From contig OZ024746.1 of assembly GCA_964016885.1 (NCBI GenBank), forward strand, positions 87,420,001-87,484,000: a DNA stretch of 64,000 bases, in the 5' to 3' direction. The translations under genes and the position numbers were made by a program. Source of the DNA: Eledone cirrhosa. Taxonomy: Eukaryota. This document shows, piece after piece, positions 1-12,843 of this stretch (its first letter is position 1; every line of letters starts with the position of its first letter). The notes beneath the pieces were generated by a model. The model did not search any database. It worked only from the letters and a program-made list of their open reading frames with translations, and had not been told where the DNA came from.

Positions 1-402
1 CATTTCCAATATATATTACTTTCGGAATAAAGAGTTAAATAATCCATCAATCATATTTCCATTCAATGAACTGCCACGCAAATTATACTGGATATTTCAT
101 ATTCAGCCTTGTTTCGAAGAAATAAATCCAAACACAATTTAAACATCAAAAAGAAAGTCGATAATACTACAGTGGTATGAGGAGAAAAACATTCGTCAAG
201 CCACATTCATCCGCAATCTATTGATTAAATCAAATGTTATAGCTAACAGAATAATTGCACATTTGCAATATGCATTTGCAGTATGCATTTTATATTAAAA
301 TGATCACCAAATGATACACACACAACAACCATACGCCATACGCTATGGTTGTTAATATACATGGAAAAATACACACGCACGCACACACACACATACACAC
401 AC

Positions 403-447
<45 letters not shown>

Positions 448-615
448 TAGGCATATATTGGGGGAGGGTTTCGAATGAAACAGATCTAGTCATGTATATA
501 TCATTTCTAAAGTATACAAGAGGTGTCAACATGAATGGAACTGTTATTTTTATCTAAATAATTTTTTTGTTTCAATTCCACCTCATCCGTACCTTCATTC
601 TATCGTATTTCTCAT

Positions 616-656
616 TCTTTTTTCTGATGAAGGACTAGCGCCCGAAACGTTAAGAC
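616..656 (+). ncRNA. Putative minimal type I hammerhead ribozyme (PLE-type)
   Basis: CTGATGA-A-GG(ACTAGCGC)CC-GAAA-CGT-TA; AACGTT palindrome over stem III; stem I weak. Confidence 0.5.
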
Positions 657-790
657 ACACTTCCTTCTATTTCAAGTGTTAATCTAATATCTTCTTTCTA
701 TATATTGTACCGATTGTGTTGTTATTTCTGGTTACCTTTTACACACACACACACACACACACACATACCCACACACACACATACACACAT

Positions 791-824
<34 letters not shown>

Positions 825-1014
825 TGATTAATGAACACATCCACATGTTTATGTAGTTGGTTAGAAACAGCTATAAAAGTGTCACACCTAAAATGTCCTA
901 CTTAATATAGACACCAACAAAGCATAATACAAGAAACGGCAAATATCTATTTATTGTCCTTCTACGACCTAAATACATGAGTCTGTCCCTCATTGTTCTT
1001 ATTACCTCGAACAC

Positions 1015-1100
<86 letters not shown>

Positions 1101-1106
<6 letters not shown>

Positions 1107-1277
1107 GTGAGGTTTTTTTTACAAAATGAAAAATAACCGAGGTGTCCTACACGAGTGAAAGTATAAAGAAAAACAGATGAAATCGGAAATTTGGTTCCTG
1201 TAAAGGAACCAAATAAATATATATGTATTTAAAAAAAAAATAAGACTCCAGTTGCATTTTCGATTTCATCTTTTTTT

Positions 1278-1282
<5 letters not shown>
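1101..1282. mobile_element. Fold-back PLE 3'-end fragment (family B) in (TA)n
   Basis: Inverted arms around ATTTGGTTCCT-GTA-AAGGAACCAAAT; same sequence as 7018-7230, which carries an HHR. Confidence 0.7.
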
Positions 1283-1354
<72 letters not shown>

Positions 1355-1357
<3 letters not shown>

Positions 1358-1548
1358 GAACGAGTAGGACCCCGACGGGTGAGCTCAAGCCGTTTCGACG
1401 GCTAATTCTGGACTCAGAATTAGCCGTCGAAACGGCTTGAGCTCAGCCGTCGCGGTCCTGCTCGTTCCTATTACCCACTCTACTACCTTAAGTATTGAGT
1501 ACTTTGGTGCGTTATCGTCCACCTGGTTCCTTACCACATTTCCTTCGT
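1355..1548. mobile_element. Fold-back PLE-derived mini-element (family A) in (TA)n
   Basis: Inverted arms centred ~1413; ~78-nt tail on one arm only; related copies at 10499, 20720, 26555, 43743, 46036, 63588. Confidence 0.75.
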
Positions 1549-1681
1549 TATATATATATATATATACATATATTAGGATACAGCAAGCAAATATTTTTAT
1601 AACTGATATAAAGCACTCTACTAGTATTGGGAGTAAAAATACGATATTAACAAATGGAAACTATATTTATAAAACCATATT

Positions 1682-1747
1682 TATTTCATTATACATATTT
1701 CAAGGACACCAAGTTAAATTATGGGATTCTTTCATCAGATAAAATAT
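1682..1747 (-). ncRNA. Minimal type I hammerhead ribozyme (family C)
   Basis: Minus strand: TATTTTAT-CTGATGA-AAG...CTT-GAAA-TATGTA-TA-ATGAAATA; downstream sequence shared with the 5351 and 15872 copies. Confidence 0.7.
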
Positions 1748-2549
1748 AATATAGACCAGTTTTATAAATAAATATGGACATACCCTTAAAAATGCGACCA
1801 TTTCTGTTGGAAGCTCCCGGATAGTGGAGTTATAACTTTAATTATATTATTAGTTAAGTTAGTATTGGATATTTTTAAATAAGCCGTTGGGTTACAGAGA
1901 AAGAGAAAGAGAGAGAAAGAGCAGAACAACAGAGAGAGAAATATATAGAGAGATAGGAGACAGAGAAAAGGAGAGAAAATGAAAAACTCTAAGTCATATC
2001 TTGTTGAGTTATCTTAACATTTGAGATGAAATGAAAAAATAAAATTAGAAATGTTAATAATCATGAATGGAATATACATATATAATATGAGAAATGTAAC
2101 CATTGTTTAAATATGATTAGATGTTTAGTTAATCAGTTAAATATTGAGATCAATACATTACAAATTAGGATCTATATATTAAGAAATCTATGTATTATTA
2201 TTAAGACTATATTGTTAAATATCTATATATTATATAACACGTATACACACGCAAAATACATACATATAAATATATACACACACACGTATAAAAATATATA
2301 TACATATCTAACTACGTATATAATATATACATACAAAATGTAAAGTATAAATGATTCTTTAATTTAAGATATAGGAGTCTTATAAAATCAGAGAAAGTTA
2401 TTTCAATATAATATCAAAGCAGCGTGAAGGAAAATTACGTTATTTAGTTATATCAATGTTACGATTGTTAAGATATTAAAGGAAATGTTATGTTATACAC
2501 CCTTTATGACCCTCCCCAAGTATAACAATAAATATATATATATATATAA

Positions 2550-2808
2550 AGTCAGCTCAAAAGTGACACAGAGGAGACTGAGGTTAGCTGGACATGCTCA
2601 CCGACATCCATAGTTGACATTGCACTTAGTGCTCCTTTGGGAGCCCCTACATGGACACACTAGAAGAGGAAGACCAAGGTTAACGTATGTTGATGCCCTA
2701 AGGACAGACACTGGTCTGTTGGAGACGCAGGACATGGCAGCGATAATGAGGGACAGAGACCACTGGAGAGAACTCGTCCATGGATCTCGGGAATTTTACC
2801 CGCCTTAG
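2550..2808 (+). mobile_element. RTE-clade LINE 3' end
   Basis: RRLRLAGHAHRHP*...LLWEPLHGHTRRGRPRLTYVDAL..DTGL...RDRDHW is a typical RTE ORF C-terminus; flanked by (TA)n. Confidence 0.8.
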
Positions 2809-2875
2809 ATATATATATATATATATATTGTTATACTTGGGGAGGGTCATATGTATATATATATAATATATATAT

Positions 2876-5127
2876 ATTGTTATACTTGGGAGGGTCATAT
2901 TGTTGTAATAATACTGCCAGAATTAATAACAGAACACACTCACTGTTTGGTTGCTTTTTGCTTCTGTATCTTTTATATCAGGTAATTTATTCGGTCCTAA
3001 TGTTTACCATTGACTGACCAACGGTCAAAAATACAGATATAATATAGACACAAACACATATATATATAGTCTAACAAAGTTCTTTCGTTGCACATCTGCA
3101 ACATCGTCAGTGGTGCTATTATGTTTCCTCTTGTTGTATTGTATATCTACGCCATCTTTATTTAATGTGTTTATTTATTTATTTATATTTGTATTCTCTG
3201 CGGATGCGTTTGCGTGTGTGTATAGTGTTTGGTTGGTGTTCTCGTTTGGGTGATTGTGTTTTTGTTATTGTAACACTTATACACTGGTGTATGGAATTAG
3301 CTATCTGCTGGAGGCTTTCCATTGTGCTACATTCTAAATTGTACTTGTTAGTACTCTCTTGCGGGGGTGTCGTTATTAATATATTAATGTCGTCTACGTA
3401 ATGAGGTCTATGGAGCTCTCATCAAGGAGATCTTTGAGTCTCCTTTCCCACCATACCATAAACAGTTTGGCAACGTCACCAGCTATGCTGACGCCAATGG
3501 CGGCTCCCTCATTTTGGGTGTAGATCTTCTCGTTGAATTTGAATGTGTGGCTCATTAGGGTAGTTTAATACTAGCCCCTATTGCATGTGTGACCATTTTT
3601 CTTACCTGATCATTGTGTTGTGGGGTCCGTAAACACCAGAATATAACTGTAACTATCGACTACCCTTCCAAACACCCTAACTGTAGACTACCTGTATTAG
3701 ACAGGGAACTCTGGATTAACACTGTAGACGAGAGGGCCCAAATTCTCCACTCCCCTACAATAAACCCATGACCTCCAAATACCTGATACTCAAAAACTCA
3801 GCAATGTCCAGCAGTGCTAAGTTTAATATTCTGATCGCAGACTTGGTACGAGTGATGAAGAACGTGTCCCGGATGTGCGACCCAACAGAAATGGAAAGAC
3901 ACATCCAATGCTTCATCAACGGCATGCAGTTCTCTGGCTACAACCAAAGAGACAGAATCAGAGTATACGAAGGAGTCACGGAGAAGTATAAGACCCTCAT
4001 AGAACTGGACATGAAAGGAATTTGCCCATTATACAAATCATGCAATAGCTTAGATAGGACTAAAATTAAGATAGGGAAAGCCACCTCATGGTACGACAAA
4101 CAGAGATACCAGAGTGTCATGTTCGTGGACGATACCCCAGGAGACAAATTAGCTAACCAGTCTAGAAAGGCCCAGAGAAAGACCCACTTAAAATTAAGGT
4201 GGTAGAAAATCAAGGAACTACCATAAACCACCTGATCAGCAAAACATACCCTTTTAAGAAAACCACTGTACTAATAGGAAATGTATTATATGTAAAGTAA
4301 ATCCCCGGATAAACTGTAAAACTAGAAACGTAGTCTATAGCATAAGAGGTACAGAGGTTACTTGCAGAAACATGACAACAACATACATAGGCCATACAGT
4401 TCGTAGCGTAGGTGAAAGGATAGACCAACACCGAGGGAAACTAAAAGGACGAAAAAACGGTTCAGTACTATACAAACACACCAGGCAACCACATGACGGT
4501 AACATAGACTACATAGAAATTAAAATAATATCTAAACATAGAAATGACCCAGCAGATAGGCAAATCAGAGAGGCAAAATAAATAGAACTTAGAAGGCCAA
4601 ATCTAAACAGAAAAAATGAATGGAATAACAACAACACAAACAAACAATACTGACCAAAGAGAAATATAAATAAATAAATAAATATATACACTAGCACAAT
4701 AACAACAAATATATAAACACACACTAGTAAACAAAGATAGAATACAATAACCAAAACAGTCGCACAAACACGAACACACACCAAACAATATACACACACG
4801 CAAACGCATGCGCAGAGAAGAAGACAAAAATAATTAAATAAATAAATAGACAGATGAAATAAAGATGGCGTAGACATACAATACAACAGAACGAACCATA
4901 ATAACACCACTGACGATGTTGCTTTGTTAGACTATATATATATGTTTGTGTCTATATTATATCTGTATTTTTGACATTAACTAATATAAAAGAATCAGAA
5001 GCGAACAACAATGAACCAGTGAGTGTGTTCTGTTATTAGTTTTGGGAATATAATTACAACACTATGAACCTCCCCAAGTATAACAATATTTGTTTCGACA
5101 CCCGATTTCATATAAAAAAACTCGCAA

Positions 5128-5135
<8 letters not shown>
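2876..5135. mobile_element. Naiad-type Penelope-like element, inverted (head-to-head) structure, decayed
   Basis: Minus 3270-3560: HTFKFNEKIYTQNEGAAIGVSIAGDVAKLFMVWW...YVDD (RT). Plus 3635-4650: DYPSKHPNCRLPVLD, KPMTSKYLILKNSAM, CxxxxCxxC linker, NVVY...YIGHT (GIY-YIG), LNRKNEW. Inverted 3' ends at 2876-3260 and 4650-5090. Confidence 0.85.
3072..3115 (-). ncRNA. Hammerhead-like motif in Naiad pLTR (degenerate stem I)
   Basis: CTGACGA-T-GTTGCA(GATG)TGCAAC-GAAA-GAAC-TT. Confidence 0.5.
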
Positions 5136-5193
<58 letters not shown>

Positions 5194-5350
5194 ATGGGCA
5201 TTTAATTTGTTGGAAGTATGGCAACTATACAAGTTTATAACTGATTTAGAGCGCTCAACAGTTTACTGGAGTAACACTATGCAGTGGATATCTAACGGAT
5301 AAGGTATGCTATCCATGGGTATGTCTCTATTTATAAAACAAACTTTGTAC

Positions 5351-5407
5351 TTTATCTGATGAAAGCGTACCAATGCGTATTGGTACACTTGAAATATATA
5401 TAATAAA
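5351..5407 (+). ncRNA. Minimal type I hammerhead ribozyme (family C)
   Basis: TTTAT-CTGATGA-AAGcGTACCAAT(GCGT)ATTGGTACaCTT-GAAA-TATATA-TA-ATAAA. Confidence 0.8.
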
Positions 5408-5450
5408 ATAAATATGGTTTAATAAATATAGTTTCCATCTATTTAATATA

Positions 5451-5785
<335 letters not shown>

Positions 5786-5838
5786 ATATATATATATATA
5801 AATACATATGTTGTAATATTATTTCAAATAATGATTCA

Positions 5839-6030
5839 GGGCGGTGGATTGGCAGTATCGGTAGAGGGTCGGACGCCATGCTTTGACGTATAGAGTTACG
5901 GCCCTTGCCATTCTGAGTTCAAATCCCGCCGAGGTTAACTTTACCTTTCATCCTTACGGGGTCGATAAAATAAAGTACCAGTAATGCACTGGGTAATTGC
6001 TGGCCTTGTGCCAAACGTAGAAACAATTAT
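5839..6030 (+). mobile_element. tRNA-derived SINE with Meta-domain-like core
   Basis: A box TGGCAGTATCGG, B box GAGTTCAAATCC, core CCTTTCATCCTTACGGGGTCGATAAAATAAAGTACCAG; more than 10 copies in window. Confidence 0.85.
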
Positions 6031-6293
6031 TTCAAATAATGATTGTGTTCTTTTAAGAAAACTAGATTAATCTGAAGGATATTGCACCTATTTACATACG
6101 TTCAAATGTTTTCAGCAAGCCGTATTAATTATCGAGATTTGCTACATCAAATATACTGCTGACTATAAGAGAAACATATTTAACCCTTCGTGAGCCAGCG
6201 GTGTTCGAATGACACAAAAGTTAATTGAGGTCCTGAGAGACCCTTTTTAATTAGCATTTGCGGATAATGCATGAAGTAATATTTGTTAAACCA

Positions 6294-6482
6294 GGGCGGT
6301 GGATTGGCAGTATCGGTAGAGGGTCGGACGCCATGCTTTGCAGCAAAGAGTTACGGCCTTTTATTGTCTGAATTCAAATTCTGCCGAGGTTAAATTTGCA
6401 TTTGATCTTTACGGAGTCGATAAAATAATGTACCAACAATACACTGGGATAATTGTTGCCTTTGTGTCAAAAAGTAGAAACA
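6294..6482 (+). mobile_element. SINE, same family as 5839
   Basis: Near-identical head GGCGGTGGATTGGCAGTATCGGTAGAGGGTCGGACGCCATGC. Confidence 0.85.
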
Positions 6483-6497
6483 CATATGTGTTAAACC

Positions 6498-6533
<36 letters not shown>

Positions 6534-7156
6534 TGTAGTACCTATAGCATGAAACTACATCTTTTAGGTACATATTTGTAATCATTAGCCTCACAATACA
6601 GGTGAATTAAAGCAACAATTATTGACATGGAAAAGTTTTCTTACATGAAGCAGACATTTGTTATAGTTACATTATTCATACATATAAATGAGGTTTTGCA
6701 AAACTTCCATACTAGAGATTGACAGACTTATGAGCGATGAGCTTCTTATGTCAAGACGAAAGACTTACATTGTTGTTGCATAAAATTATATTTTAACGAA
6801 TATTGTAAATTAAGGGTATTCTGGATTAATAATTGCACTTAATTAATAATCAAGTATAACATTTTTCGATAATACAAAATAATTATTTTTAATTTAAAAT
6901 CCAATTCATTTTTAATTTTTTCTTGCTATCATATCTTTGAGGATTGTGTTGAAATCTAATAAATGAAATAACTTAAAATAGGATAGAAATATTACACTTA
7001 TATATATATATATATATTAGAAAGTGAGGTTTTTTTCTTTACAAAATGAAAAATAACCGAGGTGTCCTACACGAGTGAAAGTATAAAGAAAAAGAGATGA
7101 AATCGAAAATGCAACTGGAGTCTTATTTTTTTAAAAATATATATATTTATTTGGTT

Positions 7157-7194
7157 CCTTTACCGGTTTCGCAGTTCTTCTGCTTTTCAAAAGG
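7157..7194 (-). ncRNA. Minimal hammerhead ribozyme, U3-A8 core variant (family B)
   Basis: CCTT-TTGAAAA-GCAG(AAGAA)CTGC-GAAA-CCGG-TA-AAGG. Confidence 0.7.
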
Positions 7195-7222
7195 TGAGTT
7201 GAGATGGAGGGTCTGTGGTTTT

Positions 7223-7257
<35 letters not shown>

Positions 7258-7259
7258 AG

Positions 7260-7310
7260 AGCTTCTACAGGACTAGAACTGTTTCATTCGTGAGAAATCA
7301 TCAGGGAGCT
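7260..7310 (-). ncRNA. Type I hammerhead ribozyme with short stem III
   Basis: AGCTCC-CTGATGA-TTTC(TCAC)GAAT-GAAA-CAG(TTCTAGTC)CTG-TA-GAAGCT; degenerate copy ~14513-14562. Confidence 0.65.
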
Positions 7311-7471
7311 GGCTGTCCAAGTAAGTAGTGGTATCTATATATTTTCTGTTTTGGTGGTAGGAGAGGGTGGATATAAAGTGTAAGAAATAATGTGGATGTG
7401 CGCATGCGTACACGTTACGCAAATATTCAATTGATAAGTGCTATGCCATTGGACACATTTATACATTAGCC

Positions 7472-7514
<43 letters not shown>

Positions 7515-7541
7515 TGTGTGTGTGTGTATGTGTGTGTGTAT

Positions 7542-7610
<69 letters not shown>

Positions 7611-7899
7611 TGTGTGTATGTGTGTATGAGTGTGTGTGTGTATATCTGTGTGTGTGAATGAATGCAGTTTTAATTATACATTCAAATACAATTCAATGAA
7701 CACCAAATTATCTTTGCTGCGAAAACAGATCTTGAATTTTGAATCTGATTCAATAGAAATTCTATTAGTTTCACAGTATGTTTTTATAACGTGGGGATTT
7801 GTTTATTATGTTAACCACAACCCTGTACTTTAAATATAATCGTTATTCAAATGTATTAAGGGATTATAAATGACAGTGAGTCATTCCTTGTAATATCAG

Positions 7900-8445
7900 T
7901 ATTTTCCTTGACGTTATCGAAGTAGTGTGACAGCAACATATATATGAATAATGTTCCAACATTTTATAAACAGATGGCTCTTTAAGCAGAACAGCGTGAA
8001 GGAACTCTATATAGGTTCATCACGAGTATATATTCTCATTCAAATTAGAGAAAGTGTGTGGATGGCATTTCTATATGCTAAATATGAATAATATCAAATA
8101 TATTTGATTATTATTACGGGATTTGTATTCATCACGCATGCGATTGTATACTGCCAAAAATAAACAATTCTGTATTCTGATTATGATATCTGTATTTTTT
8201 CTTTGTGTAATAGAAAAAAAAATCATAATGCTATTGAGAAATGGTAGATGGGTAATTGCAACTCCAATATACATAATGATATTCTCAACTGATATATAGG
8301 ACTCAATATGTTCAACATTCAACAAATAAAGCTTAGAAAGTGAATCCTCTTTTATAAACCAACCAAACAAATTTCGATATTACATGAGCCGTAAACCCAA
8401 CAAAACCATATGCTATTGAACATGTATATCTAATCCAAATATCCA
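7900..8445 (-). pseudogene. Possible decayed rhodopsin-family GPCR relic (TM1-TM4)
   Basis: SIAYGFVGFTAHVISKFVWLVYKR (TM1-like), LYLLN (TM2-like), LFLAVYNRM...LILFIFSI; frameshifts and stops; by-eye only. Confidence 0.3.
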
Positions 8446-8673
8446 CTAAAATAATTGAAATCTTACTCTAGCACTCCTTCTCTGTCACCCTCTCTCTTTA
8501 AACACATGTCTCTATGCATCTTTCTAACTATATATATATATAATAAGGAGTTGGCGGACCCAGCATATTTATAAATGCCAGTACCAGTTGGGCAATGTAA
8601 GATACATTCCAAGAGTATACACATAGTTATTCACTTCAATACAACACACGATAAACGGGTGCCTATAATAGTT

Positions 8674-8783
8674 CCCGGACTCGAGTTTCGGCCGGACTAA
8701 TGTAGCAGTAAGGTGCACTGCACCATCCGTCTGCATATATTATGCAACACTGCACAATCTGCTTGTGCGGTTTCATCAGCAGG
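8674..8783 (-). ncRNA. Hammerhead ribozyme with multi-branched stem II
   Basis: CCTG-CTGATGA-[hairpins GCACAA/TTGTGC, TGCATA/TATGCA, GGTGCA/TGCACC]-GAAA-CTCGAG-TC-CGGG. Confidence 0.65.
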
Positions 8784-9052
8784 TATCGCTTAATCAATAA
8801 CCGATCGATCGACAGAATCCAAACACCAGCCCAAGCCGGTCATGACTGTTTGTTACATCCGACACGGTAAAGCGATTAACAACTGGCACCCGATACGACT
8901 CTATCTCTCGACTAGCCCCCGATTTACAAATTTTACGTGGTGGCGGGAGACTAGAAAACCAATCTTTTCGTTCCCGTTAAACAACCTCAGCCAACGTGTC
9001 TCACACACAAATTATTAAGAGGAGAAAATATGGCTATTAGAAATAGCAGTTC

Positions 9053-9090
<38 letters not shown>

Positions 9091-9099
9091 ATATATGGA

Positions 9100-9168
<69 letters not shown>

Positions 9169-9228
9169 CTGCCAAGACTAGAATTGAACCATCAGCACAT
9201 CTGAAGTATGTCATACATCAATGTATGC

Positions 9229-9292
9229 ATTTTATCTGATGAGGACGTACTGAAAAAACAGCACAGTACCTCCGAAATTTATATAATAAAAT
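9229..9292 (+). ncRNA. Minimal type I hammerhead ribozyme (family D)
   Basis: ATTTTAT-CTGATGA-GGAcGTACTG...CAGTACcTCC-GAAA-TTTATA-TA-ATAAAAT. Confidence 0.8.
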
Positions 9293-10453
9293 ATATTTTG
9301 ATTACGTGAATGTCTACATTATATATATATATATATATGTCTACATTATATATAAATATATATGTGTGTGTGTATTGTGTGTGTGGGGGGAGGGGTGCAA
9401 GTGTATGTGTGTGTCTGTATGGGTGTGCATACGTTTAGACATTCATTACATTCTTGCTAACTTCAAGTATCCTCCCTTACTATCTCTAGAAATGTTCTCA
9501 CATTCATAATGAATTATATGTGCACATAAAATGTTATGGTATTCCAGACAATCTGCTTAACAAGCGTAAGAATATTTGTCTTGCTTTCAAAGTAAATCAG
9601 AATTGTAATTCCGAAATCATGTTACATTTGCAGTCATATGGCATCTACAGTCAGGCCTCACGACTGTGAACATGTACACTTAAAACGAAGGAGTTAAATC
9701 CAATTTTCGTGCGATTTGGACACATTTCTCTTGCGCATTTATCTTCAAATGATCAATCACTTGCACAAACATTCGTATCAAAAAGAGATATAATGATTTT
9801 AATCTTTTCCATGGTACCGCGTAAGATACATTCACTGCAGACAAACACATTTTAATATACAACGTAACAGAAAATATTCTATACACATATGGATAAGGTT
9901 TATTTATATACTGAAGTGACATGCTTTTCCAAGATATTGACGTCGGTACAAACATAAGTTTATAAAAGATAACTTCACCGTAGAGGTTATATTGCAACAA
10001 TTCTAAATGATATTTGAAAGCAGAGTAATTAGCCTATTCCCTTTATTGCACATTTAAGCACATTAAGTCATTAACTTATACATAGTTTATAATGAAACCA
10101 CTTACAATATATCTGAATTCATTTTTCCTCAACACAACATACGTTATTTTACTCCGTAAAACATGCTTATTGAGTACTGGTGTTTACGTATTCAACCTCG
10201 TCAATATGTAGCTTTATTAGATACATTTCATTCAACATTCGAGATTTGACATCAGTTTATGCATTTAGTGTAGTGCTTAATGAGTTGTAGATGAAGTTAT
10301 ATCCAATGATACTATATTGTGTAACAACTAAAATTACCGGCAAAATTAGTGAAATATATATACATAAAAATAGTTATATCCAATGATACTATATTGTGTA
10401 ACAACTAAAATTACCGGCAATATTATTGAAATACATATACATAAAAATAGTTA

Positions 10454-10498
<45 letters not shown>

Positions 10499-10501
<3 letters not shown>

Positions 10502-10705
10502 GAAGGAAATGTGGTAAGGAACCAGGTGGACCGTAACGCAGCAAAGTACTCAATACTTAGGGTAGTAGAGTGGGTAATAGGAACGAGTAGGACCCCGACG
10601 GGTGAGCTCAAGCCGTTTCGACGGGTAATTCTTGACTAAAATTTTAGTCCAGAATTAGCCGTCGAAATGGCTTGAGCTCAGCCGTCGGGGTCCTACTCGT
10701 TCCTA
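10499..10705. mobile_element. Fold-back family A copy
   Basis: Inverted arms centred ~10640; one arm with tail; (TA)n both sides. Confidence 0.75.
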
Positions 10706-10714
10706 TATATATAT

Positions 10715-11264
10715 ACACAGTTCAAGAGTAACCAATCTTAAAGAGAGAGATCGAGATAGTAGAGGAGATATGAGAGGAAAGATTGGTGAGTTAGTTAGAA
10801 GCCAAAGCGTAAAGGCATGTGCTCAATGTCCAATATGCAGTAGAAAGCAGCTAGCTGGCTGGGTTCATGCAGTGGTTAGGTGTGCAGAGCTGGAAATATT
10901 CATTAGTTAAGCAAAACAAGACCACACATTTCACAAGGAAGACATTATTAAAAGATTGTCAACAAATTTAGTTTGATGTAAGGAATGTAGAGAATAATAA
11001 TAATAATAATATTAATGCCCGTTTACAATTGTTTCGCTACTCCGTATTATGGATCTGATGACTATGTATCATAACCAAATCAATTATGATACATAGTCAT
11101 CTGATCCAGAAATATTATACGGAGTAGCGAAACAATTGTAAACGGGCGTTAATATTATTATTATTATTATTATACCCTACATTCCTTACATCAAACTAAA
11201 TATGTTGACAATCTTTTAATAATGTCCTCCTTGTGAAATGTGTGGTCTTGTTTTGCTTAACTCA

Positions 11265-11270
<6 letters not shown>
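10715..11270. mobile_element. Fold-back PLE 3'-end (arms ~10898-11073 / 11083-11270) with ~190-nt tail
   Basis: Near-perfect inverted arms containing the HHR 3' half GAAA-CAATTG-TA. Confidence 0.7.
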
Positions 11271-11312
<42 letters not shown>

Positions 11313-11322
11313 TAAATATGTT

Positions 11323-11373
<51 letters not shown>

Positions 11374-11671
11374 CAACCTCAATATTTAGTATAATGTCTA
11401 TGAATATTATTTTAATATAAAGTTTCATAAACATACACAAACGAAAGATCAGTTATATTTTCTGATTTGAGAGTATATGAAGTTTCGGAATAAAAATATC
11501 AATTTGATATTACAAGCATAGTAATCAATTTTCCTGGTAACTTATATTTCTATAATACAATGTATATCAAATAAACCACTGTAGTGAATTCATGAAAGCA
11601 AAATATATCTGTTCACATACACAAACACACGCATACTGAAACAGCAGCACAGATATACATATTTATGTATG

Positions 11672-11743
<72 letters not shown>

Positions 11744-11756
11744 TATATATGTGTGT

Positions 11757-11847
<91 letters not shown>

Positions 11848-12843
11848 CAACCTTAATTTTGAATAAGAGAAAACATCATACAAAATACTCTTATGTTTAC
11901 AATCCCATAGCATTAGGTATGTTTCGACTATACATGCTCGTTCAGACGGCAAATTGATTATATTATATGCATTAAAACTAGTTCTTCGCCCGCCCGTTAA
12001 CTTAAATTGATTCTTTTTTTCAATAATAGTTGTTATACTATGAGCACAGTAGAACTATTGATCTCATATAAAATGCTCCTGTTGTAGCACAACATTTAAT
12101 ATATTTATTACTCTGGATGTTTGCCAATCAGCTGAGGTAGTGATTGCAATTGTTATATCTAAAATGCATAAAAGGATTTCACCGTATGTATAAACTAATA
12201 TCGAATCTGAAAAATAATATTCGCTTCTAAATTAAGTAATATAAATGAGTATTGATTTCTTTTATAAGTACACTGTCACACGATTGAAATGAAATGCAAA
12301 ATCGATTAAAGCTACTGGGTTACATAATGGTTTCTTTAATTTATTGACTCCGTAAACCAAAAAACAAAACAAAAAAAACACCAGACAACGCAGTGTCCGT
12401 TCTGATGAGAATACTATAAAGAAATAAGTTCGACGTTCTAACAATTCACTGGTTTAACTTTGTATGTTGCAAATCAGGAGGTTCTGTTTATATAATTCCA
12501 TCAACAGACGAGTATTTTCGTAATGTTCAACTGGCTGATCTTTCCACAGAATCGTATGTATATAAGTAATTTTCTGCGAGTTTAAGCGTGACACACTCAT
12601 GACATGGCTAACACGTTGACTGACAATTTAAATTATAGGAAACTTGTAAACTTACGTATGTGAGTTAAACAGCCCAATTGCTCTTACACCGTTTAAAAAA
12701 AATCTATTAAATAACGTATTTTAATCACTGATGGCTCTGTGCATTCTTCTGATTAGTGAGAAAATAGTACCAGTCAATTTAGAATTGCAGATCCTATAAC
12801 ATTTATAACAAATTTTAACAATATGTATTAACTATATATATAT

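Larger units (their letters stand above)
9690..11605 (-). pseudogene. Possible decayed GPCR interrupted by PLE fold-backs (TM1-2 at 11400-11605; TM5-7 at 9690-10455)
   Basis: VVYLIYIVL..LPGKLITMLVI..SETSYTLKSENITDL; ILPVILVVTQYSIIGYN (TM5 LP..Y..I); LSAVNVSYAVPWKRLK (TM7-like); motifs in correct order. Confidence 0.4.

Noticed and set aside
4230-4380. Selenocysteine-encoding Naiad (UGA in Cys linker, SECIS)
   Set aside because: Linker cysteines are TGT/TGC here; no in-frame TGA at those positions and no SECIS recognisable by eye.
5839-5935. tRNA genes
   Set aside because: A/B boxes belong to SINE heads; no complete cloverleaf found.
11054-11115. CTGATGA...GAAA as a complete hammerhead at the fold-back apex
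   Set aside because: Extra bases separate the stem from GAAA and no stem I forms; the pairing is a by-product of the inversion.
12420-12660. GPCR TM3-like LSVNVLAMS*VCH on minus strand
   Set aside because: Single short motif with no flanking support; indistinguishable from chance.
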